Part shown: positions 1 through 10,431 of the stretch, in pieces
Numbering within the stretch: the first letter of the stretch is position 1
Layout: every line of letters begins with the position of its first letter
Assembly: GCA_964016885.1 (NCBI GenBank)
Contig: OZ024748.1
Location: 10,602,001-10,666,000 of the forward strand
DNA length: 64,000 nt
Direction of reading: 5' to 3'
DNA from: Eledone cirrhosa
Taxonomy: Eukaryota
Notes under the pieces: model-generated
What the model was told of the DNA's origin: nothing
What the model saw: the letters and a program-made list of their open reading frames with translations, nothing else
Databases searched by the model: none
Made by a program: the position numbers and the translations under genes

Positions 1-247
1 GGCATTGTTGTTTTTGTTGCTTCTGTTGAGCTGCAATTATACAAATGTCATTGATATTATTGAGTCTTGATTGAGCTGACATTGTTGTTGAGCCATGACT
101 GAGCAGATGTTGAGCCAACCTTGTTGCTATTGAGCTGTGATTATACAGACATCATTGATATTGATGAGTCTTGATTGAGTTTACCTTTTTGTTGTCGAGC
201 CTTGATTGAGCTAACCTTCTTGATGTGTGTTTTCCCATTTCTTGTAG

Positions 248-380
248 ATGTGTTCTCCATTACCTGACCAGTATCCATAATTTGAGTCTTCAAGTGATGG
301 ACAACAACCTTCAGACTCCCCTCCATATTGTCTGTCAAATGGGTCACTTGGAAGCACTGAAATATCTTACCAAAAACCAG
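248..380 (+). CDS. ZDHHC exon (ankyrin repeat)
   Basis: ttgtag| ... CVLHYLTSIHNLSLQVMDNNLQTPLHIVCQMGHLEALKYLTKNQ |gttctt (weak donor). Confidence 0.8.
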
Positions 381-3300
381 GTTCTTGCATTTGTTCTTTT
401 CTTCTTTCATCATCATTAAACACATGCTAGCAAGGGTTGGACAGATCATCAACAGACCAGGTCAATACTAAAAGGGGGCTACTGAACTCTCGCATGAGCT
501 GGAGGCCTCCATCTCACTTACATTTATTACTGCCCTCTACCAACTGCTCAGATATGGCTGGGGAGAGGGGCACATCTCGTTTACATTTGCTATCAGCCTC
601 TACAGACCACCACAGATTGGTTAGTGGTCTACGTCTCATTTACATATTATATATTCCCACCTTCTGCCAAGTGACAGATGAGCCAGAGGCCTGCATCTCT
701 TGTGTGCATCTTATGGCACCAGCACTAGGTTTTTATGTCTGTGATACAACTAAAGAATCATTCCTGATCCTTTCAATATTTTTGTATTTACTATTATTGA
801 TAGCACTGATTTTGACAAAACCTGTAGAATGACATAAAATATTGCTATGTTGTGTTGAGTTACATTCGTTTATATTCTGTGTTGACAGTGTGGATGTGAA
901 GATGTATACACAATACATGTATACATACACAAATACATATATACATGCAAACACACATACATATATATAGATCCACACATACATATACATAGATACACAC
1001 ATATATATACATATATGATGGCTGCAAACTCACACAAACTCATTGCAATTGTTTGTCAAATTCACATGGGCGACGCTCGGGTATATCTTTCAAGCCTGCC
1101 AGAGACTTGAACTCCTTGGCACATTGACAACAACTATCGATCTCCTTGGCATTAGGTTGCCTGTGAACTTTCACATGCTGCTTCAGTCCTGCTATAGATC
1201 GACATTCTTTGCCACATTCATTACATATATACATACATACATACATAGACATATATATACACACATAGAGCCCAATTAAATTAGCACTTACCACTCACAG
1301 CTAAAGTGTGAGTGGTAAGTGTCGTTGTTCATTACATGATGACTGACTTCGGCTTTCATCTTTACAAATTGGGGCTGGAAGCAGCTTTTCTGATCACTTT
1401 AGAATAGAGCCTTATAATTTACAATAACTCACTGATAACAAGATCAATAACCGGGTGATAACATTAAGCAAAGGATATAACAGTAGAGTGTGATTTGAGG
1501 GAGACTTGGCTCTTGTTTTTATTATATCCAGTGATTTCATCCGGGGGGTCTTCGTATGACGCGGTTTTTAGGACGTTTTTTGTTTGTTTTCGAAGTAAGC
1601 AAAGCAGTTATCTCCCTTGTATTACTTATTCTGAGAAGATATGTAGTTAGACGTATTTAGATATTCTCAGGTCTCGTATATAATGCATTCCCCCCTCCCC
1701 CTAGCTAATCTATTTCCTGCGAAATTTTATTTTAAGTGGTAACATACATGACAAAAAAAAGTACATTACTAGAAATCTCAAGTTATAAAATAAATAGGAT
1801 GGGTTGGGGTCTCAATATGTAAACTAAATGATTAATTCTGATTTTAAAAAAAATCAACGGAGACAACCTAGAAAAATTACCGATCCCCCCCCCCCCCTTT
1901 GCTTATTCCAACTCTCCCTATTATTTGGGACCAATGAGTGTGTGTATGTATATGCATGTATGTATATATGTATAACTTTGATAGGTATTGGCCCAGGCCA
2001 TGTCTATATCCAAAGATTGATATATATATATATATATAAACCTTTGCAATAAAACACATATATGATGTGACGTATGGCTAATTGTGTGTTTGTTTGTGGA
2101 CAGCGTTCTGATGTGTTCCAGAAAGATGTTGATGGAAATACTGTGCTACACCTGGCAGCAAAGGAAGGATTTAGCCATATTTCTTGGATTCTTTTAAATG
2201 TTGGTGACTGTAGCCTGTTACATATGAGAAATAAACAGAACATGACTCCACTAGACATTGTTCTAGCAAATACAAAGAAGAAGAGCGAGTAAGTTTCATT
2301 TTACTTTGTTGTTGCTGCTGTTGTTGTTGTTTAGCCCCAGGCCAGCTTTATTCAAACAGACCTATGATACAATCATCTTATTTTTAGACAGTTTATCTAA
2401 GATATGTAATATGTTCTTCCATGTTGTTGTTGTTGTTTGACCCCAGGCCTGCTTTAATCAGACAGGCCTATTGTTCTGATCGATTGACAAGATCCCAGAC
2501 CTTATTCACTTGCCAAGTGGGGTAGTCCTCATCAAATCGAACCAAGGAAACAATGTTTCCATTTGTCTTTCCATTGCTGATTCTATCTTATCTACCAGTC
2601 GCAATTCCTGGCAGAAAAAGCAATGTGAAATAAAGTGTCTTGCTCAAGGACACAACGCATCATCTAGTCCTAGAATTGAACTTGCAACCTCATGATTGCG
2701 AATGCAACTCTCTAACCACTCGGTCACGCACCTTCACTGCCCTAAGATCCAACCATAACCATCCCATCATATTTTCAAACAATGTATCTAAGATATATAG
2801 GCAGTGAATTGACAGAGTCATTAGAACATCAGATAGAATGGTTTATGGTATTCATTCTGGCTCTCTGTTCTCTGAGGTCAACTTTGCCTTTCATCCTTTC
2901 GAAGTCGATTAAAAAGTAGTACCAGTTTAGTACTGGAATCAATTCTTCCTCAATATCTCTTTCTTACTCCTCTCTATCACTCTCTCTTCTTTCTCAATGA
3001 AATCGTTTGTGTTCAGACCTGGAGAGGAGATGGACTTCACCAGATTTATTTTTAAATGCCCAAGAAATGCTGTATGTCACTATGACACCCCTACAACTCT
3101 ACCAGGAGTTATGGATACATACATACATTCATCTAAGATATGCTTTGTCTTCTTCTGGGCTGTTGTTGTTTAGCCCCAGGCTGGCTTTAATCAAACACAC
3201 CTATGATCTAACTATAATCATCCCATCTTATTTTCAGACAATTCATCTGAAGTATGTTATGTCTTCTTCCATGTTGTTGTTTATCCCCATCACCAACATA

Positions 3301-3975
3301 CTTTGCTGTCTACAGCACAACACAGTTCACCTAACTCTAAGTAGGTTCTACAGTCATAGTATAGTCCAATATTTTAACCCTTTCATGACTCTATTTCTTA
3401 TAATCAGAAACACTCTATTTCTATTAATTAATGAACGATTTTAAGAGATTTACTAAACTTATTATTTCATTACTAAGATAGTAATTTAACATATGGTTCT
3501 TACAAAGGGTTCCTATTTAAACTCGGGTTCTGGTTGGGGTTGTATGAATAGGGTTAAGCAGCAATAATGTAATAATATATTTGTACAATACTTCACATTT
3601 CTGCAATAGTAGTTCTCCACTATAATGTGCTTCCACTGTAATAATACTCCTTAGTTATACCTGTACACAAATCAACAGACATATATGTATCTGCTGGATG
3701 TTTTGCCAGGTCTAGCCATTTCCCTGCTAATCAATTCACACCCATTACATGTATTTAACCACCGCAGTGTATCTCTATATACTCTCTCCTCAGCCATAAA
3801 TAACTGTTATCTCTCCTATACATATATACACATATAAAAAGGAGAAAACTCATTGCTAGAACAGCCATTAAAACAACTAAATGCTGTCAAAGACAGCTAC
3901 GGGCAAAAATACCTCAGAGGACAGAGACCAGTGGCCAGTGGTCAAAAGAGACAATGCACAAGGTGGGTGGCAGGC

Positions 3976-4016
<41 letters not shown>

Positions 4017-4340
4017 ATGCAAAAGAAGTATATATATATATATAAAGTATGCAAACAGAAATAACAAAGCAAAAAAAACAGCAAAATGAAGAAATATATT
4101 ATTACTTTTACACTTGATATAGTAAGAAAAGAGTCTTAATATTTGAGACGATAGTTCTTCATCAAAAAATAAAATGAGAAATTAAAGGTATTAATATATA
4201 TATATATACATATATATTGATACTGATTCTACCTTGAGCTGATCAATCATGAAATGCACGTCATACGCGAATAAAGATATTGATGCTTTTTTGATAACTT
4301 GTTCCTACTCATTATTATTATTATTATTATTGTTATTGTA

Positions 4341-4403
<63 letters not shown>

Positions 4404-5167
4404 ACACATGTATATATATGTATGTATGTATATGTATTAATATATCTATTTCCAGCCATAAACAGTTGGTATCTCTGCTGTCGTATATGTCCACAAAGCA
4501 CAGTAACCAGAAACCTCCTAGTCCATTGTTTATCTGGTGGTTACAACTGTTACAGCCTTGCCTTGTCTATACCAGTATGCTCATCATTGCACATATGACT
4601 GGAGACCAGTACCAAGGTGCAGTCGGCATCTTTGCTCTTGTCTACTTTTTATTTCTTCTCAGGAAACATTCGCATAGAATGAATCATGTGTGCAAGTAAG
4701 TCAATCATCATTATTATTATGTCTCTGTGGATAAAACACCAGTAATGCATTCTTTACATTAATTCTATATTCTCAGCACTTCAAAGTCTAATCTCTCAGC
4801 TAAATATATTGTTTATATATATATGTATATATGTGTGTATGTGTGTGTGTGTGTATGTGTGTGTGTGTGTATGTGTTTGTGTGTGTATGTATATGTGTGT
4901 GTATATCTGTATATGTGTGTGTATATATATATATATGTGTGTGTGTTTGTGTATATGTATGTATGATATGTGAGTTCCAGGTGCAATAGGGGTAACCACA
5001 GTAAGTAAGGTACTCAATACATTAGTAGAGTGTAAACATCAAATTTAATATAGAAATGCTTTCTACAAGACTAGAACTGTTTCATTCGAAGGAAATCATC
5101 CTGTTGATTTCCTTGGAATGAAACAGTTTTAGTCCTGTAGAAGCCAATTCTTTATGAAATATGTGTG

Positions 5168-5219
<52 letters not shown>

Positions 5220-8200
5220 CTATTTGTTTTCTCAGATGGCCAAATCCTGTTTATGCTGGGATGTTTTCAGCTGGTATTCTTTACTCAATGTTTACCTACT
5301 TCTTGATTTTATTACCAAGTATCCTTTTTGAGGGCGCTGAAATTATCTCCCTGTTTGCTTCACTCTCCTCTTTTCTAACTTTTTAGCATTTAAACCGGCC
5401 ATATCCGGCTAGAATTCTCTCACTTCTTTCTGTTTAAACTGGTCATAACTGGCCACTCATACTGATGATAAGGTATTGTTCTCAAAATAAATAATTTCAA
5501 AATCTCATAGATTCAATATTATGTGAGATAATTATGTGAGGTAAAGCCTTTACCGTGAAAATATAATAGTAAATATAGAGTAATGTAAATAGTAAAGGGT
5601 TAAAGGCACATCAAAAGAGTGGCGGTTGCATGGATGTCGCAGCATCACATTGATACAATATGCCATTATATAAGGCAGAAAATTGCCAGAATTGTCAGAC
5701 TATTTGTCTCGGCTCTCTACACTTTGAGTTCAAATCTTGCTAAGGCAGTGGATTGGAAGAAGTGTTACAGTGTCAGACACGATGTGTTTTACACTAGATG
5801 TTCCAGCTCTGTGTATGTTCTGAGTTCACAGGAGTCTGGCTAAACCTAAACCAACTGTGAGCTGTAACAACAATGAGAAACATCTGCTCAGTCGGCTGAC
5901 TTGCAAGAAATAGCAGCCAGGTCAGTCTCAGATGTCTCTACTGTTCTTTGAAGAATAAACACATTGGAATGATCAAATGTCAATGATCTTTGGTCATAGA
6001 CCATAAATTACAACCCTTTAGTTCTGAGTTCAAATCCCCCTTCAAATTGCTGGCCTTGTGCCTAAAGTAGAAACAATTATTATGTCCCATTCATCTCATG
6101 TCAGCTTGAAAAGAGCAGATATAAAATTTCTGATGAAGATTTGACTCCATTCCTTAATTCCACCTTTAGATACCAAAGATTATATATTTTTGCATTGTCT
6201 TTCCCCGTTTTTGACAACACTTTTGTTGTATTTGTACTGGAAGATGTTGAGAACTGATCCAGGTAAGAACCCAATGATTCTTTTGTGTTTTGAAACATAT
6301 ATAGATTTATCATGTCAGGATCAAGATCCTGTTGTTTAACTGATCCAAGGCTAGCATTACACATTGGAAAAAGAGATGGTCTTAGGATTGTCGTTACATG
6401 ATCCAGGTCAATTGTCATGGCTGATCAAAGATTTTCAAACAAATATTATATATTTATCATTACAGGATCTAGTTCAACTGATACAATACCCATTGGAAGA
6501 GATGATGCTCTTGTGATTGTGAATACTTGATCCAGGTCAACTGTTGTCATGGCTAATCATGGGTTTTGCACCTAGAAAGTTCCTCTTCAAAGCATAAACA
6601 AAGTGATTTTGTAGAAGACCAGCAGTAGCCCATGCATGCTAGTCTCTCCTCTCCAAGCCACTAATGTTGTGCTTGGGAAAGGCAAAGGGCAACTCATTCA
6701 TTCTAGCTGAGTGAACTGGAGCAATGTGAAATAAAGTGTCTTGCTCAACGAAACAACAGTGCGCAGGCCAGGAATCGAACTCACAACCTCATGATTGTTA
6801 GTCCAACACTCTAACCACAGCCATGTGCTATTACAGATCTAGTATAGATATCTTAAATGCTTTTATTGTTATTGTTATTTATTATTATTGCTGTTGTTGT
6901 TGTTATTAATATTTACCATTTACCAGGTACAATCCGCTACTCCCTATCCAAAGATGGCACCAACCTCCCCTATACATTGAAAGATTTATGTGTGCCACCG
7001 TTGAAAGTTGAAATATTTTGTGAAGAATGTGAAGTAAGTTGAACATTATACATACATTTTATACTGATTTATAGTGTATATATAAATATATAAAGTATTA
7101 TATTCTATAGCACACACATAGAAACAATACTTGTGAGTAGAGTGTGAATTTTATTTTATTTTCTAAATATAAAAATGACAGTGACTTCGAAGTTTCAGCT
7201 TGGTTTCTTCATCCGGATGTGTCATGTGGTGAAGTCATCATCATCATCGTTTTTTCTTCCATTTTCCATGATTGCATCTTGTGCCTAAAGTAGAGATCAT
7301 TATTTGTGCCTAAAGTAGAAACAATTATTATTATTGTTAGACGGTGGATTGGCAGTATCGGTAGAGGGTCGGACGCCATGCTTTCCAGCATAGTTACGTC
7401 CCTTTACGATCTGAGTTCAAATCCCGCCGAGGTTGACTTTGCCTTTCATCCTTACGAGCTCGATAAAATAAAGTACCAGTAATACACTGGGTAATTGCTG
7501 GCCTTGTGCCTAACGTAGAAACAATTATTATTATTGTTATTATTAAATAATAATCATCATTATTATTATTGGCAGTATCTGTAGAGGGTTGGACACCATG
7601 CTTTGCAGCATAGAGTTACACCCCTTTACGGTGTGAGTTCAAATCCCGCCGAGGTTAGCTTTGCCTTTCATCCTTACGGGGTCGATAAAATAAAGCACCA
7701 GTAATGCACTGGGGTAATTGCTGGCCTTATGCAGTATCGGTAGAGCGCCAGACAACATGTTTAGTGGCATATAGTTGTGACACTTTACATTCAAATCCTG
7801 CCAAGGTTAGCTTTGCCTTTCATTCTTATGGGGTGGATAAAATAGAGTACCAGTAACATACTGGATTGATTTATTCGAACCCCCCCTAAAAAAAAAAAAT
7901 TTGTTCGCCTTGTGCTTAAATCATCATCATCATCATCGTTATTATTATAATTATTATTTATTTATTTATTTTAGATTGTGCGAAGTCCTCGAGTGAAACA
8001 TTGTCGTCTCTGTGTAACATGTTTCCAAAATATGGACCACCATTGCCTCTTCTTGTTGAAATGTGTTGCAAAGAATAACCACACGCTGTTTGTCTGGTTC
8101 CTCATCTCCTGTGCCATCTGCCTCAGTTTCTTCCTCCTTACCGCGCTGCTCTATTGCATTAATGTCTACAAAGACTTCACCGTTCTCGAAACATTTATCG

Positions 8201-8427
8201 CTTTGATCCGGAGCAACATATGGATCTTCACCTTGTCCACCATGGATCTCTTCTCCCTCGGTTGGATTCTCACGTTGATCCGATTCCAGTTCATCGTTGT
8301 CTCGCAAGGAAACACTATGTATTTCCAGAAATCTGACAGTGTTTTGTCGTCCACAGAGAAGCTGTTGAATATAGCGTATTTCTTACAGGGGAAGCAACCC
8401 TTTGCATCCGATCCCTTTGCAGCATGA
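248..8427 (+). CDS. Ankyrin-repeat DHHC palmitoyltransferase (HIP14/ZDHHC17-13-like architecture, divergent), 5'-partial; exons 248-380, 2104-2288, 4456-4695, 5236-5318, 6170-6262, 6927-7033, 7975-8427
   Basis: Exons join in frame at AG/GT sites. Ankyrin motifs (DNNLQTPLHIVCQMGH; DVDGNTVLHLAAKEG), hydrophobic TM segments, DPG motif across 6262/6927, Cys-rich domain CEECEIVRSPRVKHCRLCVTCFQNMDHHC, TGA at 8425-8427. Confidence 0.9.
1040..1225 (-). mobile_element. LINE C-terminal C2H2 zinc-finger fragment
   Basis: CNECGKECRSIAGLKQH and CCQCAKEFKSLAGLK, isolated, related to 28020-28270 and 33460-33530. Confidence 0.6.
2104..2288 (+). CDS. ZDHHC exon (ankyrin repeat)
   Basis: cag|RSDVFQKDVDGNTVLHLAAKEG...MTPLDIVL...|gtaagt. 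Confidence 0.88.
4456..4695 (+). CDS. ZDHHC exon (TM segments)
   Basis: ttccag|HKQLVSLL...LFIWWLQLLQP...HRMNHVC|gtaagt, phases match neighbours. Confidence 0.85.
5236..5318 (+). CDS. ZDHHC exon preceding U12 intron
   Basis: ctcag|WPNPVYAGMFSAGILYSMFTYFLILLP|GTATCCTTTT. Confidence 0.85.
5319..6169 (+). other. U12-type (minor spliceosome) GT-AG intron
   Basis: 5' site GTATCCTTTT; branch TTCCTTAAT at ~6150-6158, about 10 nt before AG (6168-6169); splicing restores the frame. Confidence 0.9.
6170..6262 (+). CDS. ZDHHC exon (TM + DP of DPG)
   Basis: TKDYIFLHCLSPFLTTLLLYLYWKMLRTDP|gtaag. Confidence 0.85.
6927..7033 (+). CDS. ZDHHC exon (start of Cys-rich domain)
   Basis: taccag|GTIRYSLSK...EIFCEECE|gtaagt. 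Confidence 0.88.
7340..7920 (+). mobile_element. Tandem cluster of 3 tRNA-derived SINEs (family A). Other copies ~10985-11800, 13655-13970, 24040-24400, 26900-27345, 29485-29671(-), 38325-38745, 41890-42115, 46900-47115(-), 47875-48100, 48395-48580(-), 54205-54370(-), 58565-58765
   Basis: A-box GGCAGTATCGGTAGAG, B-box GAGTTCAAATCC, core GCCTTTCATCCTTACGGGGTCGATAAAATAAAGTACCAG, tail GCTGGCCTTGTGCCTAAA..GAAAC(ATT)n. Confidence 0.9.
7975..8427 (+). CDS. ZDHHC terminal exon (DHHC catalytic motif)
   Basis: IVRSPRVKHCRLCVTCFQNMDHHCLFLLKCVAKNNH, two TM helices, stop. Confidence 0.92.
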   Translation: MVRSPRVKHCRLCVTCFQNMDHHCLFLLKCVAKNNHTLFVWFLISCAICLSFFLLTALLYCINVYKDFTVLETFIALIRSNIWIFTLSTMDLFSLGWILTLIRFQFIVVSQGNTMYFQKSDSVLSSTEKLLNIAYFLQGKQPFASDPFAA

Positions 8428-8439
8428 ATCTATGTAATA

Positions 8440-9090
8440 TAATTGACACTCACATCAGATGAGTGTCACTCATGTAAGATAAGTGACGTTCATGTAACAC
8501 AAGTGACACTCACAAAAGACAAGTGACACCCACATAAGACAAGTGACACCCACATAAGACAAGTGACACTCACATAAGACAAGTGACACTCACATAAGAC
8601 AAGTGACACTCACATAAGACAAGTGACACTCGTGTAAGACAACTAACACTCACATAAGACAAGTGACACTCATGTAAGATAAGTGAATGAATCATCACAC
8701 GAATATATTAAGTGCTACATCTATAAAGGTGACACTCATACTCATATATTTATTGCTACATAAGATAAGTGACACTCTCATACACACACACATATCAAGT
8801 GTGACATTAGACAAGTAACACTCACAAGTGCCACTCACACTCATATATCAAGAGCTACCTTAGACATGTCATACTCACACTCATATAGTAGGTGCTACAT
8901 AACACAAGTCACACTCACACTCGTATATTAAGTGCTACATAACACAAGTCACGCTCATATATTAAGTGTTATATATCACAAGTGGCACTCACACACTTGA
9001 GTACTACATTAGATGAGTCACACTCATACACATTCATAAATGCTACATGTGAGAAGTCGCACTCCGACATAGGTGCTACATAAGACATGC
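8440..9090. repeat. 20-bp minisatellite (GACAAGTGACACTCACATAA) decaying into longer units, just 3' of ZDHHC stop
   Basis: ~11 units at 8470-8690, degenerate afterwards. Confidence 0.9.
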
Positions 9091-10390
9091 ATACACACAA
9101 TACATACATATACACACACATACACATAGTCATGTAAAAACCCAAAAAAACTTGCCTCTTCCACCACCACCACCACATTAAACAAAAACCCCGCTGATTT
9201 TCTTGTGCTGTCTCCCTCATCTTAATGGCTCCCTATTTGATGGAACAGTCCATTCTGTAGTAAAGCAGAATAAAACACATAAACACATACATATATATAT
9301 ATATACATATATCTTCTTCTTCGCCCACTTATTCCTATATATATGCATATATATATGTATGTGTATATATATATATATACATATATCGCCAAATATACTA
9401 TACATACATTCATATATACATATATATATATACATATATTGCCAAATATACTATACATACATTCATATATACATATATATTTATACACATACATATATGA
9501 ATATACTTATATATATCATCATCATCATCATCATTTAGCATGGAAAACAGACGTTAAACGATGATGATGTATGTGTATAAATATGTATTTATATGTATGT
9601 ATGTGTGTATGTATATATATATAAATGAAAATACCATATCAATGTATAGGGTTATTGCATGTTTATTCTGATATCTGTGCTATATCATCTCCAGCTTCTT
9701 CATTTGAAGGAATGTATTACTTTAACTTGAAGAAATGGTTGTTGGTGCACTATCAGCCCTCAACATCAACATTAATCTTTAGCATGCTGAATTCTTTTAT
9801 GAGTTGCTTCCCTTGGCATTGCATTACGTATTAAGGGGAGATTATTCTATTGGCGACGTAAGGCGCCAGGAACACGTTACACATGTGTATACTCACAAAT
9901 AATACAAACCAGTGATACTCACGCAGACAAGCAATTGTGTTTATACAGATATACAGATAAATAGACACACCACACACACACACACACACAAAATGGAAGA
10001 ACACAGCAGAGTGTTAATCCATAACATTGAAGAATATAATTAGACTACTGATAATAATGTAAAAATATGAATGGCAAGCATACACACATGCACATATGCA
10101 TGCACACAAACACACACAAACACAAATTCACTCACACATGCACAAACACACAAACATCCCCACACACAAATATACACAGTCACACACACATGCACAAATT
10201 CACACACACGCATATATATGCATAATTATATTTCTGTTTCATCCCCTTCCCGTCCCATTTCCTTTTTTTTTTTTTATTTAATTTTTTACAAAGAAACAGA
10301 GAAACAACCTATTTCATATATATATATCTTATATCTGTATGTATGTACATATGTGACAGAGTGTGTGAGTGTGTTTCAAATATTTAAACA

Positions 10391-10431
<41 letters not shown>

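Noticed and set aside
1040-1294. Nested host C2H2 zinc-finger gene
   Set aside because: No TGEKP linkers, second finger broken, motif matches LINE C-terminal fingers seen twice more in the window
7340-7440. SINE heads as functional tRNA genes
   Set aside because: A and B boxes present but no full cloverleaf; attached to SINE bodies
7966-8307. Acidic antisense ORF
   Set aside because: Shadow of the ZDHHC terminal exon
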